In this document: positions 1 to 13,269 of the stretch, in pieces
Layout: the number at the start of each line of letters is the position of its first letter
Numbering within the stretch: position 1 is the first letter of the stretch
From: Octopus vulgaris
Taxonomy: Eukaryota
Reading direction: 5' to 3'
NCBI GenBank assembly: GCA_951406725.2
Contig: OX597814.1
Location: forward strand, 200,694,001 to 200,758,000
DNA length: 64,000 nt
Translations under genes and position numbers: made by a program
Notes under the pieces: model-generated
What the model saw: the letters and a program-made list of their open reading frames with translations, nothing else
Told to the model about the DNA's origin: nothing
Database searches by the model: none

Positions 1-237
1 TTTAGCATCGATCATATTAATACCACTTATCTGAGAGAACCTGAGAACATCATGCTGACTGGTCGTCTTTGCCTAACTTATGGAAATTAATTTTCAGACA
101 GTTCATTGCTTTGTGTTAAAGTACAGACATTCTCTAACCTCTTCTTTTTACATATGTATTCGCTTATACGGAGTAAAATCTAAATTGCTTCAATCTTATA
201 TTTAATAAGTTACTTATGCACTTTTAAATTCTATGAT

Positions 238-238
238 G

Positions 239-264
<26 letters not shown>
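238..264. repeat. poly(T) homopolymer
   Basis: Uninterrupted T run read directly. Confidence 0.95.
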
Positions 265-269
<5 letters not shown>

Positions 270-1802
270 TTCCCATCTATGTGTGGAGTTCCTAAAGTTT
301 CATTTGCTGCATATTCCTTGTCTAGATTATTGTATCAACATAGTTTCACTACTTCTTATAATATAAATTAAGATATAATATACATTGAAAACTGTAGGTA
401 TGTCATAAGAAGGACAGTAAAAAGTAAAGGCTCTTATTCATTCTTTAACATGGTTTAGAGAAATTAGCAAACACATTTATCAAAAACATAAAAAACCAGT
501 GGTTTATGTTGAGCAGAAATTTAAGTGTGCATAATGTTATCCATGTACATAGAGCACTTTCCTAATGTTTTTTTTTTGTATTTTTTTTACACCATCACTA
601 CAATCACAACAATCAACATAACATACTGATCTAAGTATTGAGAATGCAAGATGCTATGTAAACATTAAGAAGCAAAGCAAGAGCGATATCTTTAGCAAAT
701 AAACTTATCAGCAGGGAAGATTAAATCCAAACAGGTAGTTACTTAAATAAAAAAAATTGTAAAAAAACCCAGAAAGAACAGTAACAAAATTCATTTTACA
801 AACAAAAATTTCACATGCCAAAACACTTAACCAGCGTATAATAGTACATAATATCAACATACTTGGAAACTATAACAATCATTCGAAACTGCTAACTATC
901 TTCCAGCTTTTCCTTTTTGGTGAACATAAAACCAGTATAGAAATAAACAGGTAAAGTGTCTTAAATTACAGTTAATAGCACTCAGCAGAAACTACATGCC
1001 CAGAACCCCAAAACATTAAGGATCTTTTTACTATGCTCACACAAAAAAGAAAACTGTACTTTTAGGTCCTATAAAAACAAGTATAAATAATAAAGGGAAT
1101 GCTATGAATAAATGATTGAGTTTGCATCAGTTTAAATGCCTGTCACGTTTATGTTCAGTATTTTATCAAGAGATGCAACAACTGTCATAATTTGCATTTC
1201 TTAAAGAAGTGTCATAAAAATGTTTCTTTTCTTGCTATGTACCATTGAACATAAAGTAAAACAACTGCAAAAAAGCATACCATCAATATATGAAATGCAT
1301 ACAAAATAAACAAGATAAAGGAAGACAATAGCCACACAATAACATCATTTAATTGCCTAATGTAAAAAGGTGAACAAGTAAAGCTACATAATGCAATAGC
1401 ATTATATTCTTTGAAATTCCCAAGTGATCCAAAACAAAATTACAATCCTTTATATCAATGTTAAAAAACAACTCTGGATACAACTTTCATCCCAGAAAAT
1501 TGACTTAACTTAAAACAAAAAATACTTTCTTTTTTCACATCCACAATTTCTTTTTGGAAAAATCTCAAAAGGAGAAGCTTTGCAATGATCTTAAGCAATT
1601 TTCTAACTAGACTGACATTTCTGTATTTTATATCCTTTGAATGTGTAGTTGTAATTTAAGTTTCATTATATGGAATATTCTGTACAGAATAATTTTTTTT
1701 TTCCACTAGAGATATAAGGTATTTATCAGTTTCTATGATTATTTACAAAACTTTCTTGACCTTGTCTCCCTGATTTATTTTTGTCATTATCTGCTTTAGC
1801 AT

Positions 1803-1937
1803 TCCACAGAGGTCGACTTTGCCTTTCATCCTTTCGGGGTTGATAAATTAAGTACCAGTTGCATTCTGGGGTCAGTCTAATCAACTGGCCCCCTCCCCAA
1901 AAATTTTGGGCCTTGTGCCTAGAGTAGAAAAGATTAA
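1803..1937 (+). mobile_element. 5'-truncated SINE (family A, GAGGTCGACTTTGCCTTTCATCC core) with 12-bp TSD
   Basis: Core shared with copies at ~19610, ~38665, ~47905, ~49375 and ~56775; flanked by CTGCTTTAGCAT at 1791-1802 and 1938-1949. Confidence 0.85.
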
Positions 1938-2485
1938 CTGCTTTAGCATCAACATTCTTTAATAAACAGCCATAAATATATGCCCCCAAAACTCCTTGAC
2001 AAACTACTTTCCATGCCCAAAGTGGGCAACAAACCAACACAAGGTTAACTGCATAAGAAGGGCTAATACATCTAATATATTTAACCACACCACTTCTCCA
2101 AATGTTAAATTACTGAAAATTATACTTAGTTTTAATGAATTACTGGTGAAAATAGATCAGAGTGAGAACTCCAAAATCCTAATTACTATATTTGTATATA
2201 ACAGGCACTCGTATTGCACACCACCAATCCCAGAAATATATCTTATGTACAATTCACAGATTGTTTTTAAGTATTATGATGTACGAGAGAAAAGCAGTTT
2301 AATCAGATATATTATATATGCTGAATAAAATATACTGAGAGTTCAAAAACCCTATATGAAACAAAAAGCAATTTTGAATTTTACTAGTGTAGTACTTCAA
2401 ATGTACACCCACCATAAATTCAACAAATATAAGCCTCATTTCTTTAAGAAAATCAATTTGAATTTGACAGGGACAGGATATTTAA

Positions 2486-3165
2486 CCCTTTAGAGTTTAG
2501 ATTGGACATAACCAGCCGAAAATTATTCCCCTTTATTTGTTTGAACTGCCCAAACCTGACTTTATTTGATTTCTCTATGAAATCCATAAAAAAATAAATC
2601 ACATTATTCAATTCTTGTAGCTTTGAGATAATATAAGATAAAGCCTTTCCTGCCTTTATTCAAGCAAAAATACTGTGAAAATTTTGAAACATTTTGTTTG
2701 TTTTTTTCTACATTTGAAGAGAAGTGCATATCTCAGTTTTTAATGACATGGCATCAGCAAGTAGCAATTCTAACTTCAAAGGTTTTTCTCTTGATGATGT
2801 ACAAAATATAAATGAAAGCAAAAAGTGATTTGTCTTCAGATGAATCATACTGATATTTATGAATCTTCATCAGATGAGGAAGATTTTGATAATGAAAGTG
2901 ATGAAAATGATATTGAAAATATTATGACAACATGGTTGAAGATTATTACAGCAACCACAAGTCCCACTTTCACAGGAAAGACTAGTCCACAATACAGTCT
3001 ACCTCCCAATGCTCAACCATTGGACTATTTACTTATATTTTTACCCAAAAGATTTTTTGAAACTCTCGGAGGAAACAAATGCTCAACATATAATTTCTAT
3101 TCATGGAAGATCCAATCCACTATGGCAGCCAACTGATACTGTGGAAATGCTAGCTTTTTAGGAAT
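2486..3165 (+). mobile_element. piggyBac (PGBD-like) transposon 5' remnant
   Basis: TTAA (2482-2485) followed by a CCCT terminus; ORF 2825-3136 has an acidic SSSDEEDFDNESDE tract, then FTG...PLDYLLIFLP..FFE; a frameshifted WQPTDTVEMLAF follows at ~3123. All are typical of piggyBac transposase N-termini. Confidence 0.75.
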
Positions 3166-3419
3166 TTCAGTTTTAGTCTTTATCCATAATGTTATTGTTT
3201 TTACACCTATTAATTAAATTTACCTGCTCATAAAAGTCAAATTTAATCAACAAGGTCAGTTAAAATGACATAACTATAATCTACTGGCATATAAGCAGCC
3301 ATTGACAAAATTTCAAATCTGTATGTAAAAAATTAACAAAGTTACAAGCAAATATTGTGGACACTCCTCTTGAACCTGAATAATTCAAAATAACGTGAAC
3401 AAATAAGGTTCACTTGAAC

Positions 3420-4008
3420 AAGAGAAAATATTCTGACATCAAGCCAGACTGCCATTCTGTAGTTGAAATGAGGCATTTACAATGAGAATGCTTGCAGCTG
3501 CCAAAATCCTTTTTCTATCGAGGTCACCATTTATAATGGGATTGAAGGCTTGTGATACCTGTGGAGTATCTCCTTCTCCCATTACAATTATTTCTGCAGT
3601 CTTAAGGATCTGGAACACGAAGAAGAAGCTTACAGTAGAGTGCAATTCAAAAGTCGTTTATTTTTAGTTCTTGTTCATGTGGCTTGCTCCCAGTGACCAT
3701 CTTTATGGCAGCGCATGGTTCGTTATAGCTCCATTCACGTGAGGTTCATTACCCCTGGAGATAACAGGTGCAGTTAGAGCAGGACAAGAGTCCACTGTGA
3801 GGTGCCAGCTTTGCAGTATTTCTCAGCTTAAGCGAGAAGGAAGCAAGAGAGTGAATGTCTTAATTCTCCTGCTTAAATAGTCGTTGCTGACGAGTCTCCC
3901 TGTTGTCTTGTGCATGGCAAATGTTTGCAGGCGACATCTCACTCCTGTCTCAGACATGGTAATGGCTACTGGCAAGATCCCATACAAAGTGGCACTGGCC
4001 TCACTACA
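3420..4008 (-). mobile_element. Gypsy-type LTR (4008-3532), PBS and decayed gag start
   Basis: Minus strand begins TGTAG at 4008, has AATAAA, ends CCATTATA at 3532; then TGGTGACCTCGA (3529-3518), resembling the tRNA-Trp PBS TGGTGACCCCGA; then a degenerate AFSL*MPHF...AVW gag-like frame. Homologous (inverted) to 57492-58264. Confidence 0.7.
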
Positions 4009-4084
4009 CATTTGACAAATTAATCTGAATACTAACATGTTAAACAAGTTTTATTATTCTGTTTAGTCACAAGAGAATAAAGTG

Positions 4085-4088
<4 letters not shown>

Positions 4089-4122
<34 letters not shown>
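4089..4122. repeat. (TA)n microsatellite
   Basis: Direct reading. Confidence 0.95.
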
Positions 4123-4125
<3 letters not shown>

Positions 4126-4354
4126 CTTAAGCATGTATTTTAAACCACCTACCAACCAATTATATTAGTATACTCTTATTTGTAAAAGGTCTTTGGATTT
4201 TTGTTTTGAATATCATACATTCAGGATCTAATGAACTGTTTTCTAATTTAAGAAAAAATTTAATAAAATCATTAAAATGAAAGGAAACGTAGGCACAATA
4301 GGCTTGCAAAGATCCAAAAATCATGGTCATCAACCTTTAAAAATGTATGTATTT

Positions 4355-4560
4355 AGGCTCAGGTGTAGCTTTGTGGTAAGAAGTTTTCTTCCCATCCACA
4401 TGGTTCTGAGTTCAGTCCTACAGTAAGGCACATGGGCCAAATGTCTGTCTACTATAACCTCAAACCAAAAGAAGCCTTGTGAGTGGATTTGGTGGACAGA
4501 AACTGAAAGAAGCCTGTTACGTGTGTGTGAGCATGCGCATGTTCCCTACCACTGCTTGTG
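4355..4560 (+). mobile_element. SINE family B (GGCTGTGTGGTAAGAAG...CCTTGTGAGTGGATTTGGTAGACGGAAACTG), diverged
   Basis: Pol III box-like head and body shared with copies at ~19922, ~28935, ~29358, ~55840 and ~63835. Confidence 0.75.
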
Positions 4561-4864
4561 GTATCAGTTCTTTGGTCAAACTGCTGGTACTGCATTTGAC
4601 AATATTTTAACTCAGATTCCCAAGCAGTATCTTATTCTCCATGACTTTTCATTTGTATTATCTATATTGATTAGTTCTCAATTTCACACTGACACCTAAT
4701 GATTAAAATATTTAATGATTTCAAGTATTTACTTCTCCATTTCATGTTCACACTTCAATTATAAGATTATTTACTTAGGAAGTATTTTCAATAACGAAAG
4801 TATTTACATCAAAAGCATTTACATTCTCAATTATGTCTTTCATGTCTTTCTATATTGAAGGTTC

Positions 4865-5045
4865 ATCATGATCATCTAACGTCCGTTTTCCATACTGATA
4901 TGGGTTGGATGATTTGGCAGGAGCTGGCAAGGCGAATGGCCACACCAGGTTCCAGAGTTTGTTTTGGCCTGGTTTCAATAGTTTGATGCCTTTCCTAACG
5001 CCAACCACTTCACAGAGTGTACTGCATGCTTTTTACATGGCACCT
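4865..5045 (-). mobile_element. RTE-3'-tail-like short repeat (family C)
   Basis: Matches the (TGA)n-tailed 3' end of the RTE at 13112-13270. Confidence 0.7.
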
Positions 5046-5130
5046 GACCAGTACCATTTTCAACCTGTGTTAACAGTGCACAAGTATTTCTGTACAAGTA
5101 GTACACATGTTAAACAATTTCAACATCGTA

Positions 5131-5494
5131 TTATTACCTCTGCCTTAGCAAAAGCAGAGATTGTTTTCAGTCGCGTTTGTATATTTTTCTGTGGACAAGA
5201 TATCTCAAAACCTGCTGGATGGATTCAGATGAAACTTTCAGTGATGTTTGACTCCATGACTGGCACGAACTGATTAGATTTTGGAATCGATCCAGTACCA
5301 GACAAGGATTCTGGATTATTTTTTCTGTTCTTTTACTTAATTTTTTAGACTGATCGGGTTCATTTTTAGTATTCTCGTTTGTGAGAGCAATCAAATTTAT
5401 TTCAGATATTCTCATTTTAAAAATCATCTCTGGCAAATCGTTGAGAGGACGATGTTGCTTTGAGAGAGGTTTGCACTCTCTGAGTGCTCTCGTT
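5131..5494 (+). mobile_element. Helentron-type non-autonomous element (HINE/DINE-like)
   Basis: Starts TTATTACCTCTGCC with a short 5' inverted repeat; subterminal complement GAGAGGT near 5463; 3' stem-loop GCACTC-TCT-GAGTGC at 5473-5487; TT flanks. A 5' end fragment of the same family lies at ~20422-20450. Confidence 0.65.
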
Positions 5495-8289
5495 ATACAC
5501 TGCATATCTATTACTGATTATTACAGTGGATTAAGGAAACTAACCTGTATAAGTTCTTGTACCAGTGTGTTTACACAAACAGCCATTTATATATACTGCC
5601 ATGAGAGAAGATGAATGAAATGTAGGAGAGTGATAGAGGGATGAGAGTATCAAAAGAGACAGAAGCATCAGATGTAGACTTGACAGAGACATTTCAACAA
5701 GAGACCCAAATGTTGATTATTTCCATGCCTCTAACACTAGCAGCTGAACAATTGTTTCACCAATGCTTTGCCTAAGTTTACTGCAGCATTACATTTCACC
5801 AAATGCTCACATCGTCTCAGTGAGGATCAGCATCCTTGAGATACATTTTCACCATTTCATCCCATGTTTCCTTTGGTCTCCCTTGAACAGGTTTCATCCA
5901 CTTTGCTCAGTTGTTATCCTTCATATACTTTACATGCCTGTATCAGCCATAGTCTTTGCTTATCATACAACGTCTAATAGAATACTCTTGATTCTGTTAC
6001 TATGATTTCTGAATGCCTACTTCAAGTGATATTTAGACCACCTGAGGAACACAAGCAATTAACTACTTCTAGCAAGCTGTCAGAGCTTTGGAGAGAATAT
6101 TCCATGCATAGTTTTAGCGCTTAGTACTCTTGAGCATCTGCTACAAACACTAGCCAGCCAATGATAAGGATAAAAAGAAAACAATACAAAAATTGTCTCT
6201 GGATGAGACAATACTAAGACAATTGGGTTAATGGGTGGTTTAAAATACATACTTAAGCAATATATCTATGTCTTTTGATTATAATGAATACTGGTCTTTG
6301 TGGGTTCAGATGTTACTGGGAAATAGACTTCACTGATGGAATTGAATATTTCAAAGTTTATAGAATATTTGGATTTCTGTTATATGCTCTCCTCTCTGAC
6401 ACACTCTTCTATTTCCATAAGAAGTATTCCTCAAAGTAAACAATGTTACACACTCAACATTTGCCAATACATTTTTTCTTGTTGGTTCTCATTTGTAGTA
6501 ATGCCAACAGCTTCATTAAATTTAATATTACATCTGGCCAGATCATCATTAAACTTGTGAAATAAATATCTTTTGCAAAACTTTTACTGCATGAACTTGA
6601 TTTTTGTGATACAAAACAGTGGCCCGAGGAATATTTATTTCCTAAAACATGCCTAATCAATTTTTTTTCATGTAAAATTCCATCAGCTAAGAAAATTTAT
6701 GCTTTGTAATGAAGCAAGACTTATTAAACTTTCACAAATACTCTGCATTGTCTGCATATAAGATTCTGCTCAACTGCAAAAAAATACTTCTTCCAAATAC
6801 TGCATTCATTACAAAACACTCAAATTCCTGGAGTAGATAAATGCAATCTTTTCTACAGATCTACCAGTTTTTTTCCATCATTAAACATCTGTCTTCCATA
6901 CTGGTTCAATGGTTTGACAAGACCTAACTGGAGGACTGTGTTGAGATCTAATGTATGCTTTGACAGTTTTTACAGCTGAATACTCTTCCTAATAATGCCA
7001 ACCACTTTACAGACTGTATTCCAATTGTTGGATATGATTCCAGAGTTTGGCACAGTTGACAAAATTACAATATATTCTTCCTCATTCTTCGATCAATTAT
7101 TAAGATGTTGAGTGCGACTGTGTCTAACATAGAAACACCTTTTCTGATGTGAAATGGATTAGTCATGGCTTTCCTGATATCAGAAACTATATGGTCCATC
7201 ATTGGTGTTTAAGCCGTAACTTGATGTATAGCACAGGTTATTTCCTATACATTTAGAATATATATAAATGGGTGCTCCCATATATGCTTATACATATCTA
7301 TATACACATCTGTGCAAATGCACACACAAATATAAGCTGGCAAACAGGGTGATTTATTAGGTAACAGATAGGTTGTCTTTCAATATTTGTTCTGGTTGTC
7401 TGTACTCCGAGTTCAAATACTACCTGGGCCGACTTTGCCTTTCACCATTTTGGGGGTTGATTAAGTACCAGCTATCTTGAATTTTCTCCTTTCTCTCTTC
7501 ACATTTTTCTGTCAGTCTCTTTTTCTGGAAGAAATTGGTTGTAATCAAACTTGGAGAGTGAAGGGCTCTGCCAGGTCCAAGAAAGCCCAAGATATGCGAT
7601 ATGCTGCAATAGCTCCCCTGTGACTTCAAGAATTGAGGCTCAAAGTAAGATATATGTTTCTGCATACACATACATGCCCAGTGCAAACACACACAACAAA
7701 TGCATACACGCATACATCAACATAGTAGCATGATGCTTAGATGTTCTGCAGATATACAGCTTGTATATGCATAGTGACATAAGTCACTATACATGTGACT
7801 GACAAGAATCATCATCATAATGAAAAACTTATGCATGACAATGTCTATTGATTGTATTAATGGACATCTCAGTGAAGAATACTGAGATATGTAGGGGGAT
7901 ATCTGGGAATTATTAACAAAACTATGTTGAAAGTGACAGTTAAATGACATTGTCTTTGATTCATTCAAACTAAAATATAGTGTAGATATCAAAGAACCTT
8001 AGATGAAAGAACTGAATAGGAGTTATGAAATTTTTTTGGATTTTGGTTTATCATTTTATTTTTTTCTACATGAAAATTTGAGTGCTCTAGAGAGGTTGAA
8101 AAAGTGGCAGCATTAACTGATACATCAAACAGATAGGAACTATATTGATTTTTAAAAATACTGAAAGAAAATATCAAAGTTTGAACAAAATAAGGAAAGA
8201 AAGTTATATAACTAAATAAGGTAACAAAAAGAAAATTGAGATAGATAAAGATAATTAAGACGTTATGATAGCATACACAGGAAATAGAA

Positions 8290-8750
8290 ATCTAAGCTGC
8301 TGATGATAATCTTTATTAAAAATTATTATCTAGGGATATATTTTTTAATTTCCCATTTTTTAATTAATATTTCCTTTCTTCAAATTTTCATTGTAATTTC
8401 ATTGTTTATTATTCCCTTTCTATTATTTCTCACATCACGACTGTCTGTTGAAGAATTTTTCATATTATTCTATTGTTGTCTCAGCAACAATAATACTTTT
8501 CCCAATGGAGTCTTATTTTCAAAGACATTTTTAGTAATTTTGTTTTCTTTTACTATATACAATGTATGCTATATTTACTATTTTATATCTTGTTTTTCCA
8601 GTCTTACTTTAGTTTCAAATTTTATTAAATCTTTATGGTATCTTGTATAGTTAAGTATAGTTTTTTAATATTCATATTGTTTTATCTTGTCTCAAGAATA
8701 AGCTTAGTAGAATTATTTCTTATATTAGAATTTTTATTTGTTTACTGGTT
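8290..8750 (-). pseudogene. decayed K/N-rich coding-like block
   Basis: One minus frame reads HKDLIKFETKVRLEKQDIK**...IVKENKITKNVFENKTPLGKVLLLLRQQ*NNMKNSSTDSRDVRNNRKG with scattered stops; family not recognised. Confidence 0.25.
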
Positions 8751-9082
8751 TTCTCACAGTACTTATTCCACGCTGATACTTATTTTATCGATCTATCGCA
8801 TGGTTAAGTTACCTTTTGATAAAAAGGGAAGCAATTCAACTACAGTTCACACAAACACACACAAATAGTGAGAGAGAGACAGACATGGATAAACAGAAAG
8901 TGGCAGATAGACTGACTCAGAGAGACATATGTACAAAGATATGAGAAATACAGATAGACAGACAGACAGACAGAGACAAAGAAGCACACAGAGGCAAACA
9001 GAGACCTATCCTTCAATAAAAGGCAAAGGTGTCCTTTGATAGAAGAATGCAATAGTGTTATTTTGAATGGTTAAAATTTTCC

Positions 9083-9189
9083 AAGTGCTTCATTTGGAGA
9101 TTAGCACAGCTGTATCCAGGTTATTCAAAGTATGAATTGTACTCAGAAAGATCTGGATACAGCTGCAGCAATTGACAAATGAAACACTT
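9083..9189. repeat. imperfect inverted repeat (hairpin), probably a MITE relic
   Basis: AAGTGCTTCATTTG...CAGCTGTATCCAG (9083-9119) pairs with CTGGATACAGCTG...CAAATGAAACACTT (9153-9189); weaker pairing extends to about 9047/9226. Confidence 0.8.
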
Positions 9190-9749
9190 AGCGTTTATAA
9201 GTAATCATTGAAATAATTGTGTGCATATGTGTGAAAGAGACCAAAATACAAGAAGCCAACAGAATACATTTCAAATTGTCTAAGTATAACTCACTGAAAG
9301 TGCTCAATAAACACTTGATAAGAGCTATAACCTAAGTCTAACATGAAAAAATAGAGTGGAAAGAACAATAGTAGTGGCACAATCTCTTCTGTGATATACA
9401 TTTGTTTCTGTTACTATTCACTAAGGTTGTACTGAAGAGGAAATACTCTGAGTGACCAATGTACATATAGCAGTCAGTCACGTGGATTTGGCCTGCCTTG
9501 CTTTCATTTGCCTCCCATTGTACCTGGCAGGATTGTTTTTGCTAAGCTGGAGCTTCTTGCAACATGGCCATAATATTAGTTCCCTTGTCTTTACAATTGT
9601 TATCGGATCCTTGTGTTATTCTCATCCTTCGTTATTCATCATATTTTCTTTGTACAAGATACATAGGAGCCATCTATAGCATTGTGCTTACTTTTTTTCC
9701 AGTTCTGCTGTTAATGTCCAACCCTTGTAGGCATACAGAAAGACAGAAA

Positions 9750-10300
9750 TCTCAAGTCTGACTTTTGTGCAGAGTCCTAATGTGTCTATCTTTCCAGATT
9801 GGCCTGAGTTTTGTGACCACTGTGTATTTCATGAGAAGATCACTGGTTTTTCGTCAGTGACGACTGCTCCGAGGTATTTGATTATTTTCACAGTTTCTAG
9901 TGTTAGTGTTTATCCATTCATTGTGATATGATTTGTGGTGTATTCTATCATTGTTGACCATGATTTTGGTTTTCTCTGCCTTAATGCTATGCCATATGCC
10001 TTTCAGGTACTGTCAAGCTTTTCCCCCAAGTTTTCCAGCTCTGTTTTTGTTCCTGCCAGGCCAAATTGGAGGTTGGTGATAGTTCTTCTTCCAATACTGA
10101 TCATGTCTTCATGGTCTTTGAGTACATCTGACATGGTGCTTTCCAGAAAGATGTTAAAGAGAGTAGATGAGAGCAGACATCCTTTATGTACACCTACTGT
10201 TGTTTGAAAGTAGTTGCCAATCATTTTATTACAGTAGGCAGTACTAATTGCTTTCCCATTTAGTTGCCTGGTGGCTTCAATCACATTTGGTCAGATGTTG
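9750..10300 (-). mobile_element. RTE-clade LINE reverse transcriptase fragment
   Basis: ORF 10003-10284: FQTTVGVHKGCLLSSTLFNIFLE...GRRTITNLQF, matching RT motifs GVRQGC.LSP.LFN and NLRFADD (decayed). Confidence 0.85.
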
Positions 10301-10431
10301 TACAACAGTGACAAGGTTATTGGAAACCTGCAACTGATAACACGATAGTTACAAAATACAAAATGAAATATATAAACTTTCATTTTATATTGCATAAGAC
10401 TCATGCCTATCATCTAATGTAGCTATACAGT

Positions 10432-10730
10432 GGTGAAGGAACATGGCCTAGCAGTTAGTATTGCACTAAATCCACTATATCATGGGTTTAATTTCTAGAC
10501 CTGGTGGGATGTTGTGTTCTTGAGCAAGACACTTCATTTCATGTTGCTCTGCAATCATTTCAGCATTCGACACGCAGCACACTTCTTCACCTGCACAGGT
10601 AATGTCAATTTGATGGAAAGGGTGAGCTCATGTACAGTACCTACATTTCATTATTATAAGCAAATTATTTGTGCAGGTAATTCTGCAGGGGCTGAACATT
10701 CATACATCATCTTCTACAGAAGATTCCATC
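10432..10730 (+). mobile_element. tRNA-headed SINE family D, diverged
   Basis: GTGAAGG..CATGGC head and TTGTGTTCTTGAGCAAGACACTT core shared with 56326-56769 and ~58290-58610. Confidence 0.7.
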
Positions 10731-12257
10731 ATACAGTAATCACATGCACAGATGTGTGGTTAAAGAGCTCAATTTACAACTGCTTAGATCCAAGTTCAAT
10801 CTTTGTGGTATGTTAGACAAGTCTTCTAATGTAGCCCATGGTTGACCAATGTTTTGCAAGTAGAATTTGGTAGATGGAAACTGCAAATATGTGTAGAATA
10901 TTTGCTATGTGGAAAAAAGTTTCAAAATAATTAAATGAAAAAATCTTTAAATGATTCATCAATGAATGCTTTAAGAATGTGTTTGTTTAAAAGGGTTTAA
11001 TTCGAATAGCATGATTTTCACTGTCATATGATATGATTTCATATCATAGTAGTTGTAATAAAAATGTTTTAAAGTTTTTCTGTAAAACTGTATTTGAGCT
11101 TTATCAAATCTTTAACCTATATACTCTTTCAGGCCTAAAACATAGCAGCTTAAAAGATATTTAGGAATAAAACTGCCTCTATCACACTCACAGCTATGAT
11201 GTCAGGATCAATTTTCCAATAGTAATTTACAAACCTCACAAATTTAGTGGTGTAATTCTAAAGATCACATCAAATTACATGTATTTATTTTATCACCACA
11301 AGTGAGAATAAATCCCAGTAGGATTTGAAATTAGAACATTGAGGGGCAAAATTAAATGCCAAAACTTTTGGAGCAGCCATAGCAGCATCACGTATTTGAT
11401 GCTGACTTATTTGATATTAGATATTCTAATGCTTTTTTGTTTTGTCCACTTCCTGTCTGTTTATATGTGCAAGCATCTAGTTATATTTGTATATGTGTAG
11501 TATCTCTTATTATCAGTGTGTATGTGCGTGTGTCCAGTGCCAAAATGTACTCTCACCAACATAGGTTAAATATCCAGTCGCACCAAACAGCTGCATCCAA
11601 TCACCTCATTCCATTTCTACCAATCTCATTGGATTTGTGTAACTAACATTACAAATAAAGTACGAAAAAAAATTTCATGAGTCGAGTAAGATTAAATCAA
11701 ATTTATGTTAAACAAGCAAAAATGTAAAACAATACAATTTGCAGAATAACAGAAAGGCAGGAAGATCTCAGGCATGTTTGTAGTTCTTTCTGTAGCACAC
11801 GTAGTTCAAACCAAATTCATTTATGTTATTCAGTAATTGCAATAACTAACATTTTAGCATTCAGATTACTCTGTCAACGTAATGCTTATTTATTTACATT
11901 GTTTTGAATTCATTGTGTGTAATCTCATAGCATCAAGATTTCAATGATGTGATTAATTTTAGAATGACATTATAGAATAGGAGTGAGAGGCAGGATCTGG
12001 CTGGCTTGGATGGGAAACAATAGAAAACTGAAATATATTTAGTTCAAATAATAATAAAAGTACATAGCAACAGTACAGTGTTGTTGTCATGAACACTGAA
12101 TAAGTAACTTACAAAGAGAAATATCCAAGTATGTGACAGTTGTACATCCTTAAACAAGAGAGCCAAAAAATTATATATTTTTAGCCATCAAATGGATTAA
12201 CATTTTTATGTTTGTAATACATTTTCAGAAATCATTCACTCAAAATTGCATAGCCCA

Positions 12258-12555
12258 TTCAAAAGTACCATGGATCGTAGGGTGACCTGCTGTGCTTGAG
12301 GAGACCTATTGAATCAAGTACATCAACATCAAAATGAAAACCAAATGGAAATTGTAATCGTGATACCCGTGCCGGTGGCATGTAAAAAGCACCCACTATA
12401 CCCACGGAGTGGTTGGAGTTAGGAAGGGCATCCAGCTGTAGAAACACTGCCAGATCAGATTGGAGCCTGGTGCAGCCTCCTGGCTTCCCAGACACTGGTT
12501 AAACTGTCCAACCCATGCCACCATGGAAAACGGATGTTAAACAATGATGATGAAG
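12258..12555 (+). mobile_element. RTE-3'-tail repeat (family C)
   Basis: Reverse complement of parts of the RTE 3' end at 13112-13800; ends GATGATGA. Confidence 0.8.
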
Positions 12556-12859
12556 TACATTTTTTAAAAACTAAATATTGAAGAGTAAAATGGAGGCAAA
12601 TCACACAAAGAGCCAATCTGGTCACTTGTAGTAATAACTAAATTCTATAAAAGCAGCCAAACCCTACTTAAATTGCACCTACCATATAAAAAAGAAAAAA
12701 TGACACACTGGATATCAAAAAAAGCAGAATAGTCACATCTGGAACTTCTTTGATCAGAGGCTGGTCTGGGGCTAAACAAAAGGAACATGCACCTTAGAGA
12801 ATTTGTACCCTTGTTACGTTATGAGTTTTATAGATCACACTTTCTTTGTGTTTTATCTG

Positions 12860-13110
12860 GTGTACATACTTTTGATCAGGTGTTAGAAGACGTGACACAA
12901 ACTGAGCAGAAACCTCAATCATGCCAAATTCATTATGCAGAATCTTCTCAACTCTCTTATGGGATGTGCTAATAGCATTTGCTATTTGATTTATAGTCAA
13001 TCGCCTGTCAGCTATCACCATGTGGTGAACACGATCAATGTTTTCCTCAGTGGTGGTAGTTGGAGGACATCCAGAGGTTGGATCATTTTCAAGACGCTCC
13101 CTTCCGCTCA
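12860..13110 (-). mobile_element. mariner transposase fragment
   Basis: ORF 12794-13120: ENDPTSGCPPT..TEENIDRV...DRRLTINQIA...ILHNEFGMIEVSAQFVSRLLTPDQK (HTH region plus WVPHEL-like motif); cut by the RTE tail at ~13112. Confidence 0.85.
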
Positions 13111-13269
13111 TAATCATCATCGTTTAACGTTCGCTTTCCATGCTAGCATGGGTTGGACGATTTTGACTGAGGGCTGGCGAACCAGATTGCTGCACCAGGC
13201 TCCAATCTTGATCTGGCAGAGTTTCTACTGCTGGATGCCCTTCCTAACGCCAACCACTCTGAGAGTGTA

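Noticed and set aside
8303-8868. Hydrophobic plus-strand ORFs resembling membrane or mitochondrial proteins (NUMT)
   Set aside because: No recognisable mitochondrial motifs or neighbouring tRNAs; F/I/L richness follows from T-rich composition antisense to a K/N-rich frame.
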